From Macrostomum lignano (lineage: Eukaryota), in the NCBI GenBank assembly GCA_002269645.1, contig NIVC01000659.1:426232-490231 (forward strand): DNA of 64,000 nucleotides. Direction: 5' to 3'. Shown here piece by piece: positions 1-13,405 of this stretch (position 1 is its first letter; the number at the start of each line of letters is the position of its first letter). The notes under the pieces were generated by a model. The model saw only the letters and a program-made list of their open reading frames with translations. It did no database searches and had not been told where the DNA came from. The position numbers and the translations under genes were made by a program.

Positions 1-415
1 TTCTTATAGACAGTTCAGAAGCGATTCTCATAGACAGTTCAGAAGCGATTCTCATAGACAGTTCAGAAGCGATTCTCATAGACGGTTCAGAAGCGATTCT
101 TATAGACGGTTCAGAAGCGATTCTTATAGACGGTTCAGAAGCGATTCTCATAGACGGTTCAGAAGCGATTCTCATAGACAGTTCAGAAGCGATTCTTATA
201 GACAGTTCAGAAGCGATACTCAGACGGTTCAGAAGCAATTCTCATATTCTGTTCAGAAGCGATTCTCATATTCTGTTCAGAAGCGATTCTCATATTCTGT
301 TCAGAAGCGATTCTCATATTCTGTTCAGAAGCGATTCTCATATTCTGTTCAGAAGCGATTCTCATGTTGTGTTCAGTAGCGATTCTCATATTCTGTTCAG
401 AAGCGATTCTCATAG
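1..415. repeat. 24-bp minisatellite (GTTCAGAAGCGATTCTCATAGACA / ...CATATTCT), runs off window start
   Basis: Direct tandem periodicity of 24 nt, with two unit variants in consecutive blocks. Confidence 0.95.
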
Positions 416-1065
416 ACTCTCGACTCTCATAGACGTCTCAAAAGCGATCCTCCCCAAAGAAAGCAAAAACTAACAAAGGAACTTACACATCAGCTGACAG
501 AAATATTGAGAAGCTGCTCATAGAACGGTTTGTTTTTATGGCCTGATGCAGAAAGGGTGCTAAAAGAATGGATGAATAAACTACGTGACAAGAGGACAGC
601 TCCACAAGACAGTGATATAGGACTGACTGCAGAAGAGACCGAGAATTAGCGGTGGCCAATAAACAGAGAGCGCTGCTCTCACAACTATCTAACCAATCAC
701 TCCGACTGCAGTCGGGGCATAAGCATTAATCTGACATCGATGCATCATCAGTAGACTATACGGCTACCATAAAGTGTCAGCATATGATACATTTGATACA
801 GACTTGACCCTGGCACCTGATTGTAGGAGTCGCACGTTTACAAGTTCACAGTTTTTATTGCACCTCTCTATCTTAAAGAGTATCAAAATGCATTTTAACC
901 CTTTTTAGTCATTTTATTAGCTGACAAATGTCGGGCAGATTTGCTAGATAAGCAGCTTTCAAGTTTGAGAAAATATTTTGAATAATTAGAAACGAAAAAG
1001 TAAAATGATTTTCTGACTATTATCATATAATCATTAGGACAGCTAACCATGGCCCTAGCAGCAGA

Positions 1066-2545
1066 TGCCATGACTCAAGCGGGAGCTGCTGAGATGCCAT
1101 GGCTCAAGTGGGAGCTGCTGAGATGCCATGGCTCAAGTGGGAGCTGCTGAGATACCATGGCTCAATGGGGGAGTTGCTGAGAAACCATGGCTCAATGGGG
1201 GAGTTGCTGAGATGCCATGGCTCAATGGGGGAGTTGCTGAGATGCCATGGCTCAATGGGGGAGTTGCTGAGATGCCATGGCTCAATGGGGGAGTTGCTGA
1301 GATGCCATGGCTCAATGGGGGAGTTGCTGAGATACCATGGCTCAATGGGGGAGTTGCTGAGATGCCATGGCTCAATGGGGGAGTTGCTGAGATGCCATGG
1401 CTCAATAGGGGAGTTGCTGAGATGCCATGGCTAAATGGGGGAGTTGCTGAGATGCCATGGCTCAATGGGGGAGTTGCTGAGATGCCATGGCTCAATAGGG
1501 GAGTTGCTGAGATGCCATGGCTCAATGGGGGAGTTGCTGAGATGCCATGGCTCAATGGGGGAGTTGCTGAGATGCCATGGCTCAATGGGGGAGTTGCTGA
1601 GATGCCATGGCTCAATGGGGAGTTGCTGAGATGCCATGGCTCAATGGGGGAGTTGCTGAGATGCCATGGCTCAATGGGGGAGTTGCTGAGATGCCATGGC
1701 TCAATGGGGGAGTTGCTGAGATGCCATGGCTCAATGGGGGAGTTGCTGAGATGCCATGGCTCAATGGGGGAGTTGCTGAGATGCCATGGCTCAATGGGGG
1801 AGTTGCTGAGATGCCATGGCTCAATGGGGGAGTTGCTGAGATGCCATGGCTCAATGGGGGAGTTGCTGAGATGCCATGGCTCAATGGGGGAGTTGCTGAG
1901 ATGCCATGGCTCAATGGGGGAGTTGCTGAGATGCCATGGCTCAATGGGGGAGTTGCTGAGATGCCATGGCTCAATGGGGGAGTTGCTGAGATGCCATGGC
2001 TCAATAGGGGAGTTGCTGAGATGCCATGGCTCAATGGGGGAGTTGCTGAGATGCCATGGCTCAATGGGGGAGTTGCTGAGATGCCATGGCTCAATGGGGG
2101 AGTTGCTGAGATGCCATGGCTCAATGGGGGAGTTGCTGAGATGCCATGGCTCAATGGGGGAGTTGCTGAGATGCCATGGCTCAATGGGGGAGTTGCTGAG
2201 ATGCCATGGCTCAATGGGGAGTTGCTGAGATGCCATGGCTCAATAGGGGAGTTGCTGAGATGCCATGGCTCAATGGGGGAGTTGCTGAGATGCCATGGCT
2301 CAATGGGGGAGTTGCTGAGATGCCATGGCTCAATGGGGGAGTTGCTGAGATGCCATGGCTCAATGGGGGAGTTGCTGAGATGCCATGGCTCAATGGGGGA
2401 GTTGCTGAGATGCCATGGCTCAATGGGGGAGTTGCTGAGATGCCATGGCTCAATGGGGGAGTTGCTGAGATACCATGGCTCAATGGGGGAGTTGCTGAGA
2501 TACCATGGCTCAATGGGGGAGTTGCTGAGATGCCATGGCTCAAGG
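1066..2545. repeat. 30-bp minisatellite GAGTTGCTGAGATGCCATGGCTCAATGGGG, about 49 copies
   Basis: Near-perfect tandem array with two single-G losses near 1620 and 2219. Confidence 0.97.
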
Positions 2546-4250
2546 AAGATGCTGAGGCATAGAAAGTCTGATCTCGGAGGCAATTCTTTTAAAAATAACA
2601 ACTTTGACAATAGAAATATTAGAAAAATATACACGTTTTTAGTAATTTTATTCTTTTCTTTGTTGCCTATGATTACCCAACGAGGGAGATTTACATTGAG
2701 AGTAGAAAGCTAGATTTTGCATTAGTATCTATGCATCCTAGTCTAAAAATAGGTCCGTCCATTTTATTTGCAATATTCCCGCCCCGTGGGAATAAACTGA
2801 TTGAGAGCTTGACGACCCAAGGAGGCCTCAAATGAAAAAAACTGGAGCAGGGATTTATTTATTTTTTCATTAAATTTAAAGTCGGCCTTATTTGTAAAAC
2901 TAAAACTTTATAAGTTCATAGTAATAATTCAAGGCTCTCAGAGCGTCTGCTTGGTCGGTTCCCACGCTGCTTGAGTCTTCTTCTCAAGGGGCATCGGGTA
3001 TGTTGGAATGGGAAGGCACAGATTTCAGACCCGCCAATCTGCAGGATATATACGGTGCATGCAGTATAGTATATATATAAAGGCCGAAAGCTTCCAAGCA
3101 GCCCCCAAACCCGCTCCAATACACAAAGATGGGGCTTTCGCCAGCTCTCAATCTCTCCCCCGCCTCTCTCAATACATCTAGCTAGACTCAATATATTAAA
3201 TTATTATCGCAGACACAAATCTAGAGCAGGCTCTCGGCAAGCCTGGTTGCCAAGGCTTGGGGAGGATGACGGGGATGGGACGGAATAACCTCTGGGGGGA
3301 TTCTGCTCCGTACAGTTGGAAGCCGGCACAGTCAGGGGACACATTGACATTACACACACAAGGGAGCATAAAAGTACAAAATAAAACCTACACTCGCGCG
3401 TGTCAACAGTCGGTGCCAAGAAGTTTCTATGCCTACATGCATGCATATCAGATTCTATCAAGCATTTTGTTGATTAATTGACAGATTCGTGACTTTGGCA
3501 CGCGAAGATCCAAAACGATTCATAAAGCAAGCGGGCCTAATATTGCAGTTACGGAATGAAGGTCAAACCTTTTAGATTTCAAAATTTGGAATGCAAAATT
3601 CTGTTGCAGCTTGCAAGATCCACGTGACCATGGCAGGGACACTTAAGTTCAGAAATCTGAACTGGAAAGAACCTGTCTTTCTCCTGAGTTTTTATCATTG
3701 ACTTCTTTCATTCTCATAATTTAGGCATTATGAAGTTTCAATTTCAACCTTAATATTTTAGATTTATTCGAATAGTTTATCATTTCCTTTCTAGGTGCTG
3801 TTTTCACTCGTCAAGTCTACATTAATTACTCTTCAACAGATAACAAAGCACGTCACGCTGGTACCTTCGCTAAGCTCGAACTGGCGCCCGCATTGAAGCT
3901 CGGATGGAATGAAAGAAATTCATTTCGCAAAAAGGATTTTAAAATAATTAAACCTGCTCCGTATGCCTCCGTTTTCATCTGTTCTGGTTCTTATTTAACT
4001 AATTAATATCCGGGCTATTGATGAGCTCGAATTCGAATAGGCTCTTCAGTTTGAATTGCTCCCCGGCATATACGGGCTAGGGGGAACAGGGAACCAGGGG
4101 ATCTGGAAATCTTTTATGATAGGGAAGATCAGTGCCATTCATAACAGATTAAAACATGTTGAACAGGTAAGACTTTGATCAGGTATCTGACAGATATGGT
4201 TATGTATGCGTTGGGAAAGAGATTGCGTGGTATCGAAATCGGTAAACCGA

Positions 4251-5860
4251 GTATCAAACAGCTAACACAGGTATCAAACGGGTAACACAGGTATCAAACA
4301 GCTAACACAGGTATCAAACAGCTAACACAGGTATCAAACAGCTAACACAGGTATCAAACGGGTAACACAGGTATCAAACAGCTAATACAGGTATCAAACA
4401 GCTAACACAGGTATCAAACAGCTAACACAGGTATCAAACAGCTAACACAGGTATCAAACGGGTAACACAGGTATCAAACAGCTAACACAGGTATCAAACA
4501 GCTAACACAGGTATCAAACAGCTAACACAGGTATCAAACGGGTAACACAGGTATCAAACAGCTAATACAGGTATCAAACAGCTAATACAGGTATCAAACA
4601 GCTAACACAGGTATCAAACAGCTAATACAGGTATCAAACAGCTAACACAGGTATCAAACAGCTAACACAGGTATCAAACAGCTAATACAGGTATCAAACA
4701 GCTAATACAGGTATCAAACAGCTAACACAGGTATCAAACAGCTAATACAGGTATCAAACAGCTAACACAGGTATCAAACAGCTAACACAGGTATCAAACA
4801 GCTAACACAGGTATCAAACAGCTAACACAGGTATCAAACGGGTAACACAGGTATCAAACAGCTAATACAGGTATCAAACAGCTAACACAGGTATCAAACG
4901 GGTAACACAGGTATCAAACAGCTAACACAGGTATCAAACGGGTAACACAGGTATCAAACAGCTAATACAGGTATCAAACAGCTAATACAGGTATCAAACA
5001 GCTAACACAGGTATCAAACAGCTAACACAGGTATCAAACAGCTAATACAGGTATCAAACAGCTAACACAGGTATCAAACAGCTAACACAGGTATCAAACA
5101 GCTAACACAGGTATCAAACGGGTAACACAGGTATCAAACAGCTAATACAGGTATCAAACAGCTAATACAGGTATCAAACAGCTAACACAGGTATCAAACA
5201 GCTAATACAGGTATCAAACAGCTAACACAGGTATCAAACAGCTAACACAGGTATCAAACAGCTAATACAGGTATCAAACAGCTAATACAGGTATCAAACA
5301 GCTAACACAGGTATCAAACGGGTAACACAGGTATCAAACAGCTAATACAGGTATCAAACAGCTAACACAGGTATCAAACAGCTAACACAGGTATCAAACA
5401 GCTAACACAGGTATCAAACGGGTAACACAGGTATCAAACAGCTAATACAGGTATCAAACAGCTAATACAGGTATCAAACAGCTAACACAGGTATCAAACG
5501 GGTAACACAGGTATCAAACAGCTAACACAGGTATCAAACAGCTAATACAGGTATCAAACAGCTAACACAGGTATCAAACGGGTAACACAGGTATCAAACA
5601 GCTAATACAGGTATCAAACAGCTAACACAGGTATCAAACGGGTAACACAGGTATCAAACAGCTAACACAGGTATCAAACGGGTAACACAGGTATCAAACA
5701 GCTAATACAGGTATCAAACAGCTAATACAGGTATCAAACAGCTAACACAGGTATCAAACGGGTAACACAGGTATCAAACAGCTAACACAGGTATCAAACG
5801 GGTAACACAGGTATCAAACAGCTAATACAGGTATCAAACAGGCAATCCAGGTATCAAACT
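4251..5860. repeat. 20-bp minisatellite GTATCAAACAGCTAACACAG, about 80 copies, three interspersed variants
   Basis: Direct tandem periodicity; variants ACAGCTAAC, ACGGGTAAC and ACAGCTAAT. Confidence 0.97.
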
Positions 5861-6349
5861 GTTAGTTATCCATGTATGCTTAAAAGGTAATCTAAAAAGC
5901 TCAAAATAAAAAAGAAATGTCTGTCTAATACACATTGGTATATCTAACATAAAAGCAACAAATAAATAAGTAAACAAGAAACACAAACAAAAATCCAAAG
6001 GAAGAACTGGAATTTGTCAATTATTTTATCCCAAAAGCAGTGAAATGTTCTTCAATACGGATTCTACAAAATTGATAAAAGCAAAACAAAGTGAAATTGC
6101 AAGAAACAAGCCAAACGGGCAGCATGTACAGACATGTCACATTATGAATTAGGTAGCTTAAGTTGCGAACTGTATGAAACGCTGTGTCCTTCAGGTTCTT
6201 ATCAGCACTGGCTAATCAGACAGCGAAGATGGGCACGCATGTGATTGACACCAAAGACTGAGAGCGTAAATATGGAAATGTCTATCATACTGCATGGCCT
6301 GATAAGAGTATGGTTTCCGGGGTGAAAGAAATGGGCGATTTTTAACGCT

Positions 6350-6965
6350 GTTTAGGGGCAAATCTTAAAGCTATTTAGGGCTATTTAGGGGCGAATCTTA
6401 GGGCTTTTTAGGAGTGATTGTTAGTTCTATTTAGGGGCGACTCTTAGGGCTATTTAGAGGCGACTCTTAGCGCTATTTAGAGGCGATTCTTAGCGCTATT
6501 TAGAGGCGATTCTTAGGGCTAATTGGAGGCGATTCTTAGGGCTATTTAGAGGAGATTCTTAGGGCTATTTAGAAGCGATTCTTAGGGCTATTTAGATGAG
6601 ATTCTTAGGGCTATTGAGAGGCGATTCTTAGGGCTATTTAGAAGCGATTCTTAGCGCTATTGAGAGGCGATTCTTAGGGCTATTTAGAAGCGATTCTTAG
6701 CGCTATTGAGAGGCGATTCTTAGGGCTATTTAGAGGCGATTCTTAGCGCTATTTAGAAGCGATTCTTAGGGCTATTAAGGGGTGATTTTTAGGGCTATGT
6801 ATGGACAACTCTTAGGGCTATTTATGGGCGACTCTTAGGGCTATTTATGGGTGACTCTTAGGGTTATTTATGGGCGATTTTTAAGGCTATATTTAGGAGC
6901 GATTCTTAGGGCTTTTTAGGGGCGATTTTTACGGCTATTTATGGGCGATTCTTACAGTTATTTAA
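6350..6965. repeat. 23-bp degenerate minisatellite GGCGATTCTTAGGGCTATTTAGA
   Basis: Tandem periodicity with a conserved centre and degenerate edges. Confidence 0.9.
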
Positions 6966-7104
6966 GGGTAATTCTTCAATCATGTTTTATAAAGAATCTC
7001 AAGAACTATTTAGGACCACTCTTTCACCCTTGAAGGACAATTCATGGTACAGCTAAGGACCAAAACCAGAGACAAATTCAGGCAGAAAGATTCGCAAATA
7101 CATA

Positions 7105-7615
7105 TCAGGTACTGGACAAGTTTTCAGTCTGCTGAGAGGCACCAGGCGCTGCTTCCAATTCCACCTGTTGTTGCTGCTGTTGCAGTTTCTTCTCCTGCGC
7201 CAGCTGCTTTCGACACTTTTGAGTTCGCCGCATAAACTCGTGCCCGACGCAGTCCAGTATTTCAGCCGCGGTTTTATTGCGACAGCATCGCTTGCACAGG
7301 GCAAATGAGCACTTCAGCGAGCTCGGATTGCGGCACTCCGAGCACTCTGGCGCTGGCAGGTTCGGCCCGCAACCGCCGTTTGCCAGCTTGCGCAGCTCCC
7401 GGGCCCGCTGCTTCCGCTGCTCTTTGGCCAGTCGGCGTTGACGCCGCTGCTCTGCCAGCTTGCCGCTCTCCGCCAGGCTGCGCGCTTTGCGGCGATCCCG
7501 CTGCTCGCGAGCCTCCGCCGCCTCGGCCGAGCTGGCAATCACGGCGGCCGCTGCCGCGTCCGGCGCCACGTCGCCTTGGACAGAGGCTGATGCTGCGGCT
7601 ACGGCCATTGGCGAG
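7105..7615 (-). CDS. DUS1L: tRNA-dihydrouridine synthase 1-like, exon 4 (last)
   Basis: Acceptor ttcgatccccgcag|C at 7615. Encodes the Cys-rich C-terminus CSECRNPSSLKCSFALCKRCC...DCVGH typical of DUS1L. Splice phases give a continuous 533-aa CDS: 17684-17252, 9691-9244, 8341-8132, 7615-7105. Confidence 0.9.
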
Positions 7616-7789
7616 CTGCGGGGATCGAACAGGAGAAAGGGAATTGTTGACAGCTTCTAAAGGCGATGCATGGTTAGGTCTCCAAATATCAGCTAACCAT
7701 TCCTGATCCTCTGTCCGCTTTCTGGGACACCGGCGCCCTCCTAGACAACAGAATTCAAGTCCCACCTTTCTGGATCCCCAGACTAAAGT

Positions 7790-8070
7790 TCCACCCTCCC
7801 AGGTCCTCAGTTGCTGGGCCACCAGCCTCCCAGGTCCTCAGTTGCTGGGCCAGCCTCCCAGGTCCTCAGTTGCTGGGCCAGCCTCCCAGATCCTCAGTTG
7901 CTGGGCCAGCCTCCCAGATCCTCAGTTGCTGGGCCAGTCTCCCAGATCCTCAGTTGCTGGGCCAGTCTCCCAGATCCTCAGTTGCTGGGCCAGCCTCCCA
8001 GATCCTCAGTTGCTGGGCCACCAGCCTCCCAGATCCTCAGTTGCTGAGCCAGTCTCCCAGATCCCCAGTT
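7790..8070. repeat. ~28-bp minisatellite CTCAGTTGCTGGGCCAGCCTCCCAGATC in DUS1L intron 3
   Basis: Tandem periodicity of 28-31 nt. Confidence 0.92.
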
Positions 8071-8131
8071 GCTAGGTTGAAACTTGAAACCCAATGTACT
8101 AAAGCAAATAGCACAGGTAGTCCAGACGCAC

Positions 8132-8341
8132 ATATGCCTCCTATACGGCTGGCAGAGCCAGAATCTCAGCGGCAGCCGGTCAATATAGGCTCGCACATCC
8201 GGCTCCATAGCTTCAGCGGCGGCTTTGGCATTGGCCAGGTGCGGCTCACAGAGCGACTCGGCCAGGTCCATGGCGGCCTGCAAATCGTCCAGCGAGCTGG
8301 CCGCGGCCACTTCGTCTCGAATCTTCGGGAATATCGTGCAG
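8132..8341 (-). CDS. DUS1L: DUS1L exon 3
   Basis: Acceptor atcggcag|C; encodes CTIFPKIRDEVAAASSLDDL...FWLCQPYRR (DUS1L WxCQPY motif). Likely donor AT|gtgcgt; a GC donor 5 nt earlier in the same phase is possible. Confidence 0.85.
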
Positions 8342-8369
8342 CTGCCGATCGATATAGGGGGGGGGGGAC

Positions 8370-9185
8370 CGGTGTCTCAGATAACATGGTAGACAGGTGT
8401 CTCAGATATCATGGCAGACAGGTGTCTCAGATATCAAGACAGACAGGTGTCTCAGATAACAAGGCAGACAGGTGTCTCAGATATCAAGGCAGACAGGTGT
8501 CTCAGATAACAAGGCAAACATGTGTCTCAGATAACAAGGCAGACAGGTGTCTCAGATGTCATGGCAGACAGGTGTCTCAGATATCATGGTAGACAGGTGT
8601 CTCAGATATCAAGACAGACAGGTGTCTCAGATAACAAGGCAGACAGGTGTCTCAGATATCATGGTAGACAGGTGTCTCAGATAACAAGGCAGACAGGTGT
8701 CTCAGATATCAAGGCAGACAGGTGTCTCAGATAACAAGGCAAACATGTGTCTCAGATAACAAGGCAGACAGGTGTCTCAGATGTCATGGCAGACAGGTGT
8801 CTCAGATATCATGGTAGACAGGTGTCTCAGATATCAAGACAGACAGGTGTCTCAGATGTCATGGCAGACAGGTGTCTCAGATATCATGGTAGACAGGTGT
8901 CTCAGATATCAAGGCAGACAGGTGTCTCAGATAACAAGGCAGACATGCGTCTCAGATAACAAGGCAGACAGGTGTCTCAGATGTCATGGCAGACAGGTGT
9001 CTCAGATATCATGGTAGACAGGTGTCTCAGATATCAAGACAGACAGGTGTCTCAGATAACAAGGCAGACAGGTGTCTCAGATATCAAGGCAGACAGGTGT
9101 CTCAGATAACAAGGCAGACATGTGTCTCAGATAACAAGGCAGACAGGTGTCTCAGATGTCATGGCAGACAGGTGTCTCAGATAGC
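8370..9185. repeat. 25-bp minisatellite AGACAGGTGTCTCAGATATCATGGC filling DUS1L intron 2
   Basis: Tandem array occupying about 90% of the 902-bp intron. Confidence 0.95.
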
Positions 9186-9243
9186 AATACCAAGACAGAC
9201 AGATGTTCAGACACCACAGATAAACTAACAAGTGAAGACTCAC

Positions 9244-9691
9244 AGGTGATGCAATAATTTGAACACGTGACCCCTGGCGTAGGACAACGGACACGGATAG
9301 TCCCTGGCCAGCTGCAGGTACTCCCGGCCAATAACCCAGGCTGGCTGGTGCTCGGCCGACTCAAATAGGCCAGGATTGTGCAGGTGACCTTCGGCTGACA
9401 TCACTCCGCAACAGCCAGTATTGGCTAGGCAAGCCAACGCGTCGGCCAAGTATTCAATGTTGCCATTGGCAACCACAGGTACGTTGACGGCTTGGCGAAT
9501 AGCTTGAATATGAGACCAGCTGGCTAAACCGGTTTGACAGCCTTTCTGCTCTCTGGTTCGGCCGTGCACAGTGAGTATAGATGCCCCAGCAGCGACAAGG
9601 CGTTGAGCATAGTTGACAGATTTTTCTACGCTTTCGAATACGCGAATTTTTGTCGTTATTGGGACGGACAGCTCGGCGGCGCACTTCGAGA
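9244..9691 (-). CDS. DUS1L: DUS1L exon 2
   Basis: Acceptor ccgttgccag|TC, donor CT|gtgagt. Contains DUS motifs KIR, TVHGRT, VANGNI and GVMSAEG. Confidence 0.95.
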
Positions 9692-12600
9692 CTGGCAACG
9701 GTTTTTTTTAAAGAACATCGGGTATTATTGACTAGTACAGTGCTATTCCGTTATACTACTCACAGCTATCCTACAGTAGTATATAAAACACATGCGATAA
9801 AGTTTAGCTAGTAAATGATGGCAAAGCATCTGAAACTTTTGAGCTTTCGCTGTTGTGCCCCAAATTCTAATCAATGGACCAGCGGAAGGATTGATTTAGG
9901 AAAGCAATTTCCTCCGAAAGCTGTAATCGATAGCTAGTTAAGGTAGCAGCTCAATGTCAGGTGCCCCGGAGCATCCAGAGACTGAGTTGCTTGAGCAAAC
10001 CAAGCACAATAATTATATAAAGAATTCCCTTATTGATCCAACAATACCTTACGGTTGGATGGCAAGACAGGGAGCCAGCATAAACACTATACTGCATCAG
10101 CTTGTTTTCAGTAGCCCAGCCTCTCTTAGAGTGACGCAATTGGATCGCAGATGCGGCATCAAAACTCAAAGATTGTGCACTTTTTTGAGGCCAATTTTCA
10201 AGTAAACTCAATACAAAAATCAATAATTGCATTTGCTCTGAGGCAGTGAGGATTAACATTCTTTTGAATTTAGCATGCACAACATGTTACTCTGTTCTAT
10301 TTTATATAGGGAAAGTTTATTTTCAAAAATGTTCAACAAAATATGGCCTCCAAAAGTTACGATCTTTGAGTTTTATGTCATGTTATACTACAGTGGTCCT
10401 TGATGCGCGCTTGTGTCACTGACAGCACAATTTATATCAGATATCTATATTAGCTCCAATGCTGAGTATTTAGCTGCTCCGCTTCACCGCGGATTCACAA
10501 ACAGAGTCAATTACAACCACCAGTGCATAGCTTTAGAAGTTAAAACTCGTAGTTAGGCAAACAAATCAAATAATGTCGAACAAGTCTTCTATTTTAAATT
10601 TGTTATAATGCCTGCATTTTATTGTTTTTAAAAAATCTTATTGCGAGCTATACGAAACCTAAATTTCTCAACACGCAGTCGTTACTTGGTAACGATGGCC
10701 TCAATGCTGGATAAAATACAGCTTATGAATACAATTTAACCCATTCTTTTTATATATAGAGTAAGAATTACTCTGCTCTCGCTTTCTCAATCTGAATGCG
10801 GGCACAAGTCAATTTATGCATCCATGGCCTTTTTGCAATAGCAGATCTTGATACTTAAGCTACATTGTGAAAGACCTTTAAAGAGCAGAAAAGAAATCTC
10901 GCTCCAAGAAAAAAGTGGCTTTTCATACAGCGAGTCGGTCACACAACGCGCCGGATTATATTGAAAAGAAGCACAGACCTACGTGTTTCTTGTGAATCTT
11001 ATTGATTGAATATGCTTTTGTGATCATGTTCTTATTTTTCAAAGTAAAAATCAGTTAAATATATAAGGCTTTGAGCACTGCTTCAAATCAAGGCTGCAAT
11101 TGATCAAAAGACAGCGAGGATCGGCAAACATCCAATCATACCCAGTTCGTTGAGTAGTGAGCACGCACCTGAACACGTGCGCTAAGCACACCGGGATATC
11201 TCAACTTTCCCAGTGTGGTTGGCTCCTCATAACCGAGAATTGCACAAAAAACCGCTGGCAAGATTCCGCGAACGAGTCCAAAGTATTGTTTACCGCACGT
11301 GGAAACGCATTACCACTCTCTGCTACGAGTACTCAGCCCTTTCCTTAAGCACATATTTGGTAGATAGAAGGAAGATTGGGAAAATTTTCATCAAGCTATA
11401 CGAAACCGATAAGAAATATTTGTTAAATTATAATAATTTTCGATTCACAATATACGCAAGAGTAGGCCCGCCCCGGTCTAACACGAACTAGTTGCCCACA
11501 GAAAAATGCGTGCAACGCGACATATCTAGCTAAGCCTCGCCACCAGGGCTGAAACTCTGACAGTGATATCCTTCCTAATTCCTATCCCAGCTCCCATATT
11601 TTTGGGCCGCGCAAATTCGCAGTGCCCGCCCTAGCTGCAGTACATACCCAGCTAAACCCCTCTAACTAATCTTGCCACCTCTTCACTCGTGCTCTCCATC
11701 ATCCGGCAGGCAGGCCGGCTTGCCTACCTTTGCCCTGCCTCGTTGGCGCAGCGCGCAAAAATGCGAAATACTCGTAGTAAAAGTATATACAACCAAAGGG
11801 GGGTAGGGGAAAAGGGCGTAAAGACAGAATGCGTCCTTTTACCCGAATCGGACTAGGCAGGAGAGAGAGAGATTTTAGACCAGCAACCAAAAGACTGACT
11901 GATCAGAAGTGCTGCAGCGTCCCGTCTGTTTCAACCGCGACGCGTGCACATGATCTGCGATTTAATCGAATTTCTTTAAAGACTACTGCTGAATTATTTC
12001 TACAAGTAACATAATTTAACCGGCAAGGAAGGCGTAAGGAAGGAGTTATATTCGATGCAAAAATACCTACAGTTGCTACAAGAATGGCTGCCGTCGGCAA
12101 TCGAAAAGTTGAGTAAAGTAGCTCAAATCTATGCGCATTACTCAGTTTTTTCCAGCATGGTGTCGATTTCAGCAAGAGGCTAATCATTAAAAATTGATCA
12201 ATAGCTGGACAAATTCAAGGCAATTCGAAGCAGCTGAGCTCGTGAATATCCGATCTAAAGCAAGAAAATGTTATAACAAGGCTTAAACCTGGGTAGTGCG
12301 CCGTGTTAATTATCAAGTATCAAACACTCCGCGACCAGGAGTATTAGATTTCAAACCAATAAGCTCAAGACGCTAATGTAGTCCATGGGAATTCGAACCA
12401 GATGGAGCGTGTTTATCTAACCTCCGACAAACTGACGCAGAAATAACTAAATGTACGGTTGAAAAATCTTTAATATAGACTGGAAATGGAAACGCAACCT
12501 ACTTAGATTGTCTATTAATCAGTCATATGATAGCACAAGGAAATGATTTATTACAAAGGGCAGTGCAATCTAGTAGCCGTTACACTGTCAGTAGCAAAAT

Positions 12601-13405
12601 ATTTAACAATTAGTAGAAAGCAAGCATGCAAAGCGAGAGAGACGGTGTGGGTGATAAAAATTAGATGTGCACTTATAAATCTAAAAAATGACTGATCGAC
12701 AATGAGGAGAAAGCATGGATTATAATATCCAGGGGGTTTTCATGTAAAGATTATCAATTATAAATTTCGTTTCCTAGAGAATAATGTAACACAAGCAGAC
12801 TTAAAATAGCGCTTTAATAAGCAAGCATATTATAAACAGAATTTGTTTTTAAAGCTTTTGGTCGTTACTGTTTGAATCGACAGACAAGTGGTTCGCAACG
12901 GTCACAACCACAAGGCAACGGGGGTTATTCATAGAGCAATGCTTGTGTGCTTGATAAAACAAGTCAGAAAGATAGTCGCACAGTGTGCAGTTGCGTGTCA
13001 ATCAAGCGTGCGAATGGAAATTCTAAATGAACGAGTTCAGTACTATTACTATCAGCAAAGTCCAAAGTGTTAGCGAATTTTTTTATTAAACACAGTCGAA
13101 TAGACTAGGCGCTATTCCAATAGCATAGTCAGGACAGCAAGTTCAGGTCTCATTTTTTTTTCATTTAGCGTAACAACAATACAGCCGATGAACGGTCAAC
13201 AGAATAAACAATAAACTAGCTTCGAAAAGTAATAATAATATTTCATTCTAAAATATTACTAGGCATTGCACCATGTAACACATCGTATTAACTATGATGA
13301 CCGACGATTCAGCTGCTTTAGAGAAGGACATCAGAAACACTGGATAGCAGCAGGTGCTAGCAGTTGAACCAGTAATAAAAACACAAAAGCCACGAACTGA
13401 ATTCA

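Noticed and set aside
1099-2713. Long repetitive ORFs in the 30-bp array
   Set aside because: Open in several frames on both strands; frame switches at single-G losses show no coding constraint.
1066-5860. CRISPR-like appearance of regular repeats
   Set aside because: Units abut directly with no unique spacers, no cas genes, and the context is eukaryotic.
9460-9475. RFX X-box-like palindrome GTTGCCATTGGCAAC
   Set aside because: Lies in a DUS1L exon encoding the conserved VANGN motif, so explained by protein constraint.
12380-12410. B-box-like GGTTCGAATTCC suggesting a tRNA or SINE
   Set aside because: Imperfect box, with no A box or cloverleaf found.
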